Origin: an uncultured Nitrososphaeria archaeon
GTDB lineage: Archaea > Thermoproteota > Nitrososphaeria > JACIWG01
Direction of reading: 5' to 3'
Assembly (NCBI GenBank): GCA_964448685.1
Contig: CAYUWR010000010.1
Span: 65,144 to 129,143, forward strand
DNA: 64,000 nt
The position numbers and the translations under genes are program-made. Below the pieces are notes generated by a model that was not told the origin of the DNA, searched no databases, and saw nothing but the letters and a program-made list of their open reading frames with translations. Shown here one piece after another: positions 28,401 through 35,918 of this stretch (positions are counted from its first letter, which is position 1; each line of letters opens with the position of its first letter).

Positions 28401-30202
28401 ATGATCGCCCCCTCTCCACTATCTGAGACAGACCCGTCTGCTTCATACAGCCATCTGAGGAATGAGACTACAACCTTGTTACTTGAGGAGAAGATCATGT
28501 CAGGAACCCTCTTCTCCCTCAAGAATGACAGATTATGGTTCAAGTCTACACTACAGTAGCAGACACGATATGCCGCCACCCCGCCGTCTTTCTTCACTTG
28601 GGTAAAGGCATGAGTTTTTAACCCGAACAGGCTCTCAACCATAGAGCTAAGTCGCCCAAGTATATCCTTCTGCCGTTCAGAAACCCCAAAACCTAGCCTG
28701 TAGCCGTCACCACACACCCATCCGCCCCCAAGCATGTACCCTAGAAACGACGCGAGCCCTGGAGTCAGCAGCTTCGGAAGCTTTCCCTTGAACCTTGGCC
28801 CAAACCGACTTCTTTCAAGCCGCTTGAATCCGGTCTCGAGATATCCTGTCACCGTGCAAGGTATACGTCTTACAACCACCAACCTGTCACCAACTTTGAT
28901 CTCGTCAAGCCTCTTCCATTCTCGCAGCATCCTCTTTCCATCCCATCTTTGAGTCAGCAGTGGATGATTGTATGTTCCCTTGATGCTCTTTCCGGACTCC
29001 GTGACCACCTCCATAACAGGCTGGCTACGGTAAACGTGGTAGGTGGTCGCTGTCGCTTTCCTGTTCCCTCCCTCTCCCGTGAGAACTTGAAGAGACAGCT
29101 GCTGAAGATGGGTTTGCCCAATCTTTCCTATCTTCACTATGGCACCGCTTCCAAGGACCACCCTCTCATCGAAGACGAGACACCCTGGGTCGCCTATGAG
29201 CAGGATATTGATGTCTCCCCTCAACGAGGTTCCATCGGGAAGAGTTATCTGAGGGGCGCCAACTATTAGTAGCAGTATGGCTTCCTTGAGCAGCTCATGC
29301 CCATATATTGATGGAGAAAAGGAGCTTACCAGCATCTTTATCCAGTCAGGACGCTTGGCTAACTCTCTGAACTTCAGTTCATCAGCCTTTTCTATAACCA
29401 CGTCCTCAGGAGCCTTCCCGAGAACTTCAACGTGGTTCCCCTCCAAGAGGGCATTGAACGTCCTCAACCTTGAACCTCTTACACCATACTCTTCTTCTGC
29501 CTTGAGAATGCCAGTGACAACCACCCTGTCACCTGGCCTAGCAACATCCACGATGTCGCCGTAAAGCCTGATGTCAAGCTGCCTCGGAAGCTGACCTGGA
29601 GGAAGCTCTTCAGGAAGCTCTTGTATTCTAAGGACCTGATAGTTTATGTATGTACATTTGAGCTCATCGAGCTTGAAGTCTTCACTTGAACCGCATTCCA
29701 CACACCTCATGGGCTTCCTCAGAACCCTCTCCTTCTGGGGCATCAGGTTCAAGTGATTATTCGAGCAGACCCAAGCAGCTTCAATAAGGTAAGGCTTGAC
29801 CTCAGAAACCCTGACAACTATTCCTGTAACAGCAACAAGATTGCTCAGGAGGCTGACATCAAGCTTCCGCAGTGGATGCTTTTCTGGAAGGTTCCTCAAA
29901 CGGACAACAAAGTGCTTTTCAACCTTCTTAGCGTATTCTGGATATTCTTCTCTCAGAAACTCAAGCGCCGACTTTGAAAATAGGTCGAGATACTTCATTG
30001 GGTCCTTCGTGGACTCGGCGGCCAGATTGCTATTCCACCTAGTGAGGTCAGAGTAGTCTACTACAAGAGAGTTAGCGTTCTTCTGTACGATACTGCTGAG
30101 CTGAACCCTATACTTTGGCTGGTTAGATTCATCCACCCAAGCTCGAATGAAACTTGAGAAAATCTCTTTCAGCCGGGAATCAGAGGAAACCTCCATGATC
30201 AA
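25442..30202 (-). CDS. mcm: replicative helicase MCM, interrupted by two inteins (precursor 1586 aa; about 682 aa after splicing)
   Basis: The N-terminal Zn motif is CSNNH...CVECGS. Walker A is split as GDPG / TAKS. Other motifs are Walker B CAIDEFDKM, EQQ / TVSVAKGG and the Arg finger LLTRFDLIF. The track start is TTG at 30202. The ATG two codons in (30196) is equally possible. Confidence 0.95.
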   Translation of the reverse strand: MIMEVSSDSRLKEIFSSFIRAWVDESNQPKYRVQLSSIVQKNANSLVVDYSDLTRWNSNLAAESTKDPMKYLDLFSKSALEFLREEYPEYAKKVEKHFVVRLRNLPEKHPLRKLDVSLLSNLVAVTGIVVRVSEVKPYLIEAAWVCSNNHLNLMPQKERVLRKPMRCVECGSSEDFKLDELKCTYINYQVLRIQELPEELPPGQLPRQLDIRLYGDIVDVARPGDRVVVTGILKAEEEYGVRGSRLRTFNALLEGNHVEVLGKAPEDVVIEKADELKFRELAKRPDWIKMLVSSFSPSIYGHELLKEAILLLIVGAPQITLPDGTSLRGDINILLIGDPGCLVFDERVVLGSGAIVKIGKIGQTHLQQLSLQVLTGEGGNRKATATTYHVYRSQPVMEVVTESGKSIKGTYNHPLLTQRWDGKRMLREWKRLDEIKVGDRLVVVRRIPCTVTGYLETGFKRLERSRFGPRFKGKLPKLLTPGLASFLGYMLGGGWVCGDGYRLGFGVSERQKDILGRLSSMVESLFGLKTHAFTQVKKDGGVAAYRVCYCSVDLNHNLSFLREKRVPDMIFSSSNKVVVSFLRWLYEADGSVSDSGEGAIILKSKGIELLRDIQILLLRFGIQSKIIGCTLICRGEDIFKFSRDIGFVSREKKCALYKLLFRLPKLRRSRVQRTERVVKVTKAGERADVYDIEVPGEHKFIANGIVSHNTAKSELLKYSAKLAPRGLYTSGKGTTAAGLTAAVVREKSGMLMLEAGAVVLADQGICAIDEFDKMGSTDRQALHEAMEQQSYHPETEVIFSNGEKARIGEFVDKLMDLYRERVIQGRDCEILSLSGLGEFGILTTDFRKVCEAAIHRVSRHKAPSKFVEITYSNGRCIKVTPEHPVYVLRDGEIVVVRADQLRRGMFAPAPTKYPMKDDEVLLTRVKLCASEKSLVLPERLSGALARLLGYIIAQGCCRRPKGNEPGEVLIFNAEGEVFEDILQTAKKVFKVEPRVGYEALSAREKDGQDSSMKKFVSFPLYNFFEVNFPELTGKSGERRIPRCLFRTSKENRIQFLLGAFRGSGSLDSDRFGYASASIDLARDYSDLLLSLDICSYITKSRNLCGKDGPMPTYRVMISGRKSVIRFHQLIGRYGEKKGNLKFLHGKRALDDEDRIPWELAAKIKKLLRECQLDDGFFSNSRSSRLAVEREVALECLNRLEEYVLTLGGMSQVDNIVELGKESRMSAAEASSQGSVLTEMAVCIGRDHATEGCGVPSTPVRLLTREKIEEVRSSIAKLRALIDSEIYFVKVDDVRMLNNEGVKWVYDVTIEPDHTFVSEGLVLHNTVSVAKGGIVVTLNARTSILSAANPLLGKYDPYKNLAENINLPSPLLTRFDLIFVIRDVPERVVDEQIASHIMAIRRSRSFAQKPPLDIEFLRKYLLYCKNINPVITPEAEKMIIDFYLEMRSQTESQAIPVTPRQLESLIRLAMARARLLLRNEVTRDDVAEAITLTKNMLYTVAVDRKTGKIDMGTITGVPASERSKLEIVFQKYKELAGPTNEPVELNALVKAIVETGKFNEVEAKILFSQLEQKGVFYMVKPGYYRRA
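26231..27835 (-). mobile_element. MCM intein 2 (535 aa) inserted after AMEQQ, with a LAGLIDADG homing-endonuclease domain plus extra sequence
   Basis: Precursor residues 790-1324. It begins with Ser (tca, 27833-27835: EQQ|SYHPETEVIF) and ends LVLHN|T (aat at 26231-26233, +1 Thr). Block B is VTPEHPVYV. LAGLIDADG-like motifs are LARLLGYIIAQG and IQFLLGAFRGSGSL. The flanking exteins rejoin to the canonical EQQTVSVAKGGI. Confidence 0.85.
28076..29182 (-). mobile_element. MCM intein 1 (369 aa) inserted in the Walker A P-loop, with a LAGLIDADG homing-endonuclease domain
   Basis: Precursor residues 341-709. It begins with Cys (tgt, 29180-29182: GDPG|CLVFDERVV) and ends IVSHN|T (aat at 28076-28078, +1 Thr). 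Block B is GTYNHPLL. LAGLIDADG-like motifs are LASFLGYMLGGGWVCGDG and VSFLRWLYEADGSV. Confidence 0.9.
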
Positions 30203-30705
30203 ACCGCCTCTTCGAAGACCGCAGAAGAGAATTCTCTAACATTCCTCTGAAGGATCTGAAGGAGCATCTTCTCCTCCAAAGTCAACTTGGGAAGAACTTC
30301 GCTTATGTCAGAATACGCCCTCGCATAGTGAAGAAGCTTCCTCAACCTGATGTTGACAAGATCTAACGCATCATTGTGGACCTTCAAGAAATCACCTCTA
30401 GAGAGAACATCAGAAGAGTTCGTGACACGCCTTTTCGCAAGAAAGTCTATCAGACGAATATAGAATTCATCAGACATCTGAGATAGGGTCACAGAATCCT
30501 TGAGAAGCTTTTCTTTGGCAACACTTCTATAGAATTCTTCATCAAAGCCCTCCTCTTGGACTTCAACGAACCCGTGCTTTTCAAGCAAGCTGGCTGCCCA
30601 AAGAGGAACAGACATGCCTGAACCTTCCAAGGCATCCCCAATCTGGACAGTGCCAAGCCTAACATTAGAGAGGGAGGACTTGAAGATCACCTTAACCGGA
30701 CGCAT
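30199..30705 (-). CDS. GINS complex subunit (Gins15/Gins23-type)
   Basis: About 168 aa from the Met at 30705 (MRPVKVIF...). The VPLWAASLLEKHGFVEV motif resembles the conserved GINS B-domain/A-domain junction (LPxWxAxxL). The gene sits immediately upstream of mcm, which is a common archaeal arrangement. The call rests partly on that context. Confidence 0.55.
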   Translation of the reverse strand: MRPVKVIFKSSLSNVRLGTVQIGDALEGSGMSVPLWAASLLEKHGFVEVQEEGFDEEFYRSVAKEKLLKDSVTLSQMSDEFYIRLIDFLAKRRVTNSSDVLSRGDFLKVHNDALDLVNIRLRKLLHYARAYSDISEVLPKLTLEEKMLLQILQRNVREFSSAVFEEAV

Positions 30706-30914
30706 CAGATACCCCAGCCTTCTGACTTCAAACAGCTCCTTTATAGACACCGACACCTTTATCGCAATATTGTGGCACCATAGGCAGTTAAAAGGTTTAA
30801 GAAAACAGATGACACAAGACATTCATTATCTGGCAATATTCGATCCCACAGAAGACCCTACAAGAAACTTACACTTATATCCACAGCATTTTATTGGTAC
30901 AGTCAGAAGAACTC

Positions 30915-31871
30915 ATGAGCCAAGAAGAATTGATGTGGGTGGAGAAATATAGGCCCAGAGAACTGGAGCAAGTCGTAGACCAGACGGAAGTCATAGAGAG
31001 GATAAAACCTCTGACAGAGAAGCCGCTGGAGATGCCACACCTACTCTTTTCTGGACCACCTGGTACAGGAAAGACGACTGTAGCCCTAATCCTAGCAAGA
31101 AAGCTTCTGGGCGAGGTGTGGAGAGACTACACATTAGAACTCAACGCTTCAGACGAGAGGGGAATAAAGATAGTTAGAGAGCGGATAAAGACCTTCGCAG
31201 GATACGTCGACAGAAGCGTGAACATTCCATTCCGACTGATCATCTTGGATGAGGCTGACGAGATGACACATGACGCTCAGACAGCGTTGAGAAGAATAAT
31301 GGAGGAAAGTTCAAAGTACACCCGATTCATCCTAATATGTAACTATTCATCTCAGATAATTGAGCCGCTGCAAAGCCGCTGCGCAATATTCAGATTTCAA
31401 AGATTAGACAAGCAGCAGGTAATAGAACACCTAAGAATGATCTGCGAAAGGGAGAAGATCAGGCCAGAAGAGGGAGCCCTGGAGCTCCTATATGACATAA
31501 CAGAGGGAGACCTCAGACAGACAATAAACCTACTGCAATCTGCTGTATCAGATAACAAGGTCACAGTAGAAGCAATCAGAAGACAGGCTGGGCTAATGGG
31601 ACAAGAAATCATCAGAAAGATGGTGGACTACGCATTAAAAGGAAGATTCAGCGACTCAAGAAAGATACTCGTAGAACTCCTTAACGTAAACGGAGTCTCA
31701 GAGACCGAGGTCCTTAAGATGCTAGGAGACATATTAATGGAAGACGATCGAATAGACCATGGAAAGGCCGCCGAAATCCTTGCCGAGTATGACTATAGGC
31801 TCGTGATGGGCGCAAACCCAGAAATACAGCTTACAGCATTACTTTCTGAGATAGAAGACCTGATAAAGTGA
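30915..31871 (+). CDS. rfcS: replication factor C small subunit
   Basis: Motifs are WVEKYRP, the Walker A GPPGTGKTT, DEADEMT and the SRC motif (LQSRCAIFRF). I prefer the ATG at 30915 to the TTG at 30894. A TATA-like cttatatc lies about 35 nt upstream. Confidence 0.9.
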   Translation: MSQEELMWVEKYRPRELEQVVDQTEVIERIKPLTEKPLEMPHLLFSGPPGTGKTTVALILARKLLGEVWRDYTLELNASDERGIKIVRERIKTFAGYVDRSVNIPFRLIILDEADEMTHDAQTALRRIMEESSKYTRFILICNYSSQIIEPLQSRCAIFRFQRLDKQQVIEHLRMICEREKIRPEEGALELLYDITEGDLRQTINLLQSAVSDNKVTVEAIRRQAGLMGQEIIRKMVDYALKGRFSDSRKILVELLNVNGVSETEVLKMLGDILMEDDRIDHGKAAEILAEYDYRLVMGANPEIQLTALLSEIEDLIK

Positions 31872-31875
31872 GAGA

Positions 31876-33165
31876 ATGAGGCTAGAGCTTCCTAGAGGAT
31901 TACGCGACATAGAACCTCAAGAATTCGACAAGGTTGAATGGTTAAGACAAAAGTTCTTTGAGACCCTAGACCTCTTCGGCTTCGAGAAGATGGAGCCTTC
32001 CCCAATAGAAAACCTGAACACATTAGAGACCAAAAGCGGACCCTCAATAGTGGATGAAATATACTGTTTCAAGGATAAAGGCCAAAGGGATCTAGGCCTA
32101 AGATTTGACCTCACCGTCGGAATAAGCAGATATGTTGCCTCAAGAAGAGACCTGGAGTTTCCGACAAAGATAGGATCATTCTCAGGCGTCTGGAGATACG
32201 ATGAACCGCAGCATGGACGATATCGATGGTTCTACCAATGGGATGCAGAAATATATGGCAGACCACACATAGAATCAGACGCCGAAATCATAGACCTGTC
32301 CATCACATACTTCAACAAAGTGGGATTAAAGGACATCCTTGTCGAAGTAAACGACAGAAAAGTGGTGGAAGAATACATCACGAAAATACTAGATGTGAAA
32401 GAGGAGTGGGCTATCAACGAACTCCTGAGAATGCTAGATAAGACAACAAAAAAGAGTGAGAAAGAACTATTAGCCGAATACACTTCGAAAGGCTTCAGCG
32501 AGGAGAAGATAAAGAGGGCTCTTTCCATAAGCAAAATCATAGGAAGACGTCAGGACACCATAACAGAGCTAGAGAAACTTGGCCTAAAGGAAACAGATGA
32601 CCTGAGGAACCTGACAGAGGAACTTGAGTCAAGAAAAATAAGAAATTTCCAAGTCAATTTAGGAATAGTCAGAGGCATAGACTACTACAGTGGAGTCGTC
32701 TACGAATTCTACGACAACTCACTCAGCAAGTTAGCCCTCGCAGGTGGAGGGAGATACGATAAGCTAATGCAGGTCTTCGGAAGAAGCGATATATCTGCCA
32801 CAGGAGTAGCCGGGGGAGTAGAGAGACTGCTAATCGTTCTAGAACAAGAGAAGACAGCAGGCCAAGGTAAGAGAAAAGAAGTCTATGTTGCATATGCAGG
32901 AGAAGCATTAAAGCGAAAGGCACAGAGCATCACTTCAGAATTGAGAAGAAGAGGATACGCTTCAGTCACAGACCTATACTCGAGAGACCTAAAAAGACAG
33001 CTGGCCTACGCATCTAAACATTTCAAGTACACGATAATCGTCGCCCCCCTAGAAGACAGACAGAACAGTTGCATCTTAAAAGATCTTGAAAGCGGAGAAG
33101 AAGAAAAAGTCCCATATGACAGACTATTTGAGAGGATAAAGGACAAACTTTCTGACAAACGATAA
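31876..33165 (+). CDS. hisS: histidyl-tRNA synthetase
   Basis: Class II motifs are PRGLRD, WRYDEPQHGRYRWFYQWDAEIYG (motif 2) and AGGGRYDKL (motif 3), with a C-terminal anticodon-binding domain. Confidence 0.9.
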   Translation: MRLELPRGLRDIEPQEFDKVEWLRQKFFETLDLFGFEKMEPSPIENLNTLETKSGPSIVDEIYCFKDKGQRDLGLRFDLTVGISRYVASRRDLEFPTKIGSFSGVWRYDEPQHGRYRWFYQWDAEIYGRPHIESDAEIIDLSITYFNKVGLKDILVEVNDRKVVEEYITKILDVKEEWAINELLRMLDKTTKKSEKELLAEYTSKGFSEEKIKRALSISKIIGRRQDTITELEKLGLKETDDLRNLTEELESRKIRNFQVNLGIVRGIDYYSGVVYEFYDNSLSKLALAGGGRYDKLMQVFGRSDISATGVAGGVERLLIVLEQEKTAGQGKRKEVYVAYAGEALKRKAQSITSELRRRGYASVTDLYSRDLKRQLAYASKHFKYTIIVAPLEDRQNSCILKDLESGEEEKVPYDRLFERIKDKLSDKR

Positions 33166-33235
33166 CATGAACTTTCTAGAAGGGAAATAGGCCAAAGCCG
33201 AATAAGTTCTTTAAGCCCAAGAACTCCATTTTACG

Positions 33236-34222
33236 GTGATGGAAATCCGTAAGGTGCAAGAGACAGGGAAGGGAACACTGTTCACCACCCTACCAAAAGA
33301 GTGGTGCAGGAAGTATACGATAGCCAAAGGGGCGGCATTAAGCCTAGAAGTGAAAGAAGATGGAACACTATTGATTTATCCATTCAAGAAGGAGGAGCCA
33401 GCCAGCAAGATAACATGCTTTTTCGAACACGACAAACCCACTGAGGTCACCGAAAACGTCATCGGAGCCTATCTACTTGGATACACATTGATTGAAGTCA
33501 TATCAAAGGATTCACTTAACATCGAAGAGAGAGAAGGGATCAGAGAGGCGGTCTCCAAACTCGTGGGCCTAGAGATCATAGAAGAATCCCACGACAAGAT
33601 GACCATAAAGTTTATTCTTGACCCAAGCGAACTATCTCCAGACGCCATATTCTCTAGAATGAGTTTTATTTCAAAGAATATGATCATGGACATAGGCAGG
33701 GCGCTTGAACAAGACCTTGACAGGAAGATCTTGGACAGCATCGCCAGAAGAGAAAACGAACTTGACAGACAGTACTTCCTCCTAATAAGACTCCTAAGGA
33801 CGATACTCGTGCACCCTAGGCTATCTGCACAGTACAATATTTCGCCAATCGAGACAATGGATAGGAGGATGGCAGCCTACTTTATGGAAACAGTCGGAGA
33901 CCTCACAGCAAGCATCTCTGAAGAACTCAAGGAAGTGGAAGCCAAGAGCCTAAGACCCACCGACATACTCTATTTCAGAAAGGTACTGGAAACTGTTCTA
34001 GAAGTCTACGACAGGTCCTTAACGGCTGTCCTCAGAAGAGACAGAGGTCACGTGAAAGGGGTGGCAGCTAAATGTGAAGAAATAAGCAGAACTCTATCAC
34101 AGATGACAAAAGAACAGAAACTTTTCAGTCACTTGGCAGACTATACCCTCAAGGTGTCCAAGGCCGCCGTAGACATAGCAGACCTCGTATCAGCACTCTA
34201 TCAGCCGGCAATTCAAACATAG
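33236..34222 (+). CDS. archaeal PhoU-type phosphate uptake regulator (AbrB/SpoVT N-terminal domain + PhoU repeats)
   Basis: The N-terminus RKVQETGKGTLFTTLPKEW...GAALSLEV is a SpoVT/AbrB swapped-hairpin. The remainder is helical with the two-repeat PhoU pattern. Confidence 0.75.
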   Translation: MMEIRKVQETGKGTLFTTLPKEWCRKYTIAKGAALSLEVKEDGTLLIYPFKKEEPASKITCFFEHDKPTEVTENVIGAYLLGYTLIEVISKDSLNIEEREGIREAVSKLVGLEIIEESHDKMTIKFILDPSELSPDAIFSRMSFISKNMIMDIGRALEQDLDRKILDSIARRENELDRQYFLLIRLLRTILVHPRLSAQYNISPIETMDRRMAAYFMETVGDLTASISEELKEVEAKSLRPTDILYFRKVLETVLEVYDRSLTAVLRRDRGHVKGVAAKCEEISRTLSQMTKEQKLFSHLADYTLKVSKAAVDIADLVSALYQPAIQT

Positions 34223-34712
34223 ACATAGAACCTAGGGCCTACACTTGCAGAAGCTCTACACTCGATTAGAAAACCACATACTTGACTGATCATGTTCCAA
34301 TCTCATTCCAAAACCAATCTTTCCATCTAAGAGAACGCGAATTAAGATTCACCATCAACACATAGCAGTAGTGTACCAAAAAAGGGATAAAGAGCCATAA
34401 TGAGGTAACTGAGCCTTGTCCTCTCTACTATCCAGTTTCGGCTTTAGCCAAGATTCATGGATGATCGTCAACCACAAGAAGGACTGAGGCTCTATCATTT
34501 GGCCTTTAAGAAACAGGTCTTTCTTCTGACGACTTAATCCCCTCTGAAGACTTATTCATGCAACATCGCTTCTTAACCTTCATCAGCCGATTACATGCCT
34601 TTATCGCATCCAACGATAAGACCTAGAACTTGGAACAAAGAGACCCCCATTTGAGGATTTCCTAGACATTCTCGGGGAGCAAAATCCATTTTGAATCAGA
34701 AATTGATTCTGA

Positions 34713-34785
34713 TAGCCCGGACCAGATTCGAACTGGTGTCAACGGGTCCAAAGCCCGCTATGCTTGACCTCTACACCACCGGGCT
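34713..34785 (-). tRNA. tRNA-Gln (anticodon UUG), 73 nt, no encoded CCA
   Basis: The reverse strand reads AGCCCGG-TG-GTGT-AGAGGTCAA-GCAT-A-GCGGG-CTTTGGA-CCCGT-TGAC-ACCAG-TTCGAAT-CTGGT-CCGGGCT-A. The cloverleaf folds fully by hand. The A1-U72 pair is typical of archaeal tRNA-Gln. Confidence 0.9.
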
Positions 34786-34813
34786 AATGATCTCTCCATT
34801 TAACGTGGCAGGT

Positions 34814-35872
34814 TTAAACTTTTTTTCCAACATCCTCGATTTTTGATGCAACCTTCTCTTCAGGGTCTTCCATCAACTTCCATAAGCTGACCGCCCGTCT
34901 TCCAAAGCCCCACCTAACCCTCTTTTCTCGCAGAAAGCGATCTAGAACCTTCATCAACTCTTGCACACTACAAGGTCGAAAGATCAGCTTTCTCCTCATC
35001 AGAAAACGTTCGATCAGAGTCGCCTCCCCCGGATAAGCTGAGATCACAGGCACACCGAGCAGGGCAGCCTCATGGCTCATGGTGCCACCCATGCCTATAA
35101 ACACATCCGAGGACTTGATCAGGCTTGGTCCGTCAACAGCAGAATCCAAGACAAGTATTTTTTTCCCAAGTTCCCTTCTAAGATCCGAATGCCAGTGCCC
35201 ATAGCGGGAAAGTATCACGATGTTCGCTTCATCTGAATATTTTTCTGTAACCTTCCTTATTACATCCAAAGGCCCACTTCCACCTTCCAGTAGATAGGAC
35301 GCATGCTCTTCATGCATTCTTATTGTAATAGTCGGCTTATCCTTCAGATGCAGCTCTTTCCGCATGTCTTTGAAAATCCAACCTCTAAGCCAGATTGAGG
35401 CATCGATCGCTCTGTATTGGACAACATCTTCTCTCCTGATACCATATTGAACCCAGACCCTCTTAGGGATGATCCACGGGGTAAAGAGCGTCCTCGAAAG
35501 AGGCACAGTGAGTCTTGATGCCTGGACCGCGTGAGGACTGTCGCTGAAGTTCACGTGTGGAATTCCGAGGCCAAAAGAGACTCTTGCGCATTCAGGCGAA
35601 GAAAAGGATAAGGCCACATCAAACTTCTTATCGTAAACGATCTTGGAGAGTGTTTTCACCCTCTTCGAACTTTCAATGAGCTTCTCATATCTTGTGGCAC
35701 CATGACGGCCCACGACAACAAGATCATATCTTGTGATGGAGGAAAGCATTGATGCACCATAGCCAGCTCTAGTAGTAGAAAACACCTCATGTCCTCTCTT
35801 AGTCAACCACTCCTTTACGACATTGAAGAAGAGGGCCTGCTTAGGGGTTAGAGCGTCAATCCATATCTTCAT
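34814..35872 (-). CDS. DUF354-family protein (GT-B / UDP-GlcNAc 2-epimerase-like fold; archaeal glycan biosynthesis context)
   Basis: The N-terminus MKIWIDALTPKQALFF and the C-terminal GGTMSHEAALLGVPVIS are characteristic of DUF354 proteins. This call is from memory of the family, not from a search. Confidence 0.6.
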   Translation of the reverse strand: MKIWIDALTPKQALFFNVVKEWLTKRGHEVFSTTRAGYGASMLSSITRYDLVVVGRHGATRYEKLIESSKRVKTLSKIVYDKKFDVALSFSSPECARVSFGLGIPHVNFSDSPHAVQASRLTVPLSRTLFTPWIIPKRVWVQYGIRREDVVQYRAIDASIWLRGWIFKDMRKELHLKDKPTITIRMHEEHASYLLEGGSGPLDVIRKVTEKYSDEANIVILSRYGHWHSDLRRELGKKILVLDSAVDGPSLIKSSDVFIGMGGTMSHEAALLGVPVISAYPGEATLIERFLMRRKLIFRPCSVQELMKVLDRFLREKRVRWGFGRRAVSLWKLMEDPEEKVASKIEDVGKKV

Positions 35873-35918
35873 CTTTTTAGCACAAAACTATATAATAGTT
35901 GAGGTATTAAATTTGTTG
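35873..35918. promoter_or_regulatory. divergent promoter region with two AT-rich TATA-like elements
   Basis: tatataat (35889-35896) lies 23-30 nt upstream of the ATG at 35919. attaaattt (about 35905-35913) could serve the minus-strand DUF354 gene. Confidence 0.35.

Noticed and set aside
34459-34530. GGATGATC ... CTGA ... CTGA arrangement, as a possible C/D-box sRNA in the long spacer near tRNA-Gln
   Set aside because: The C box is imperfect (UGAUC, not UGAUGA). The guide spacing is 17 nt rather than about 12 nt. No C' box is recognisable.
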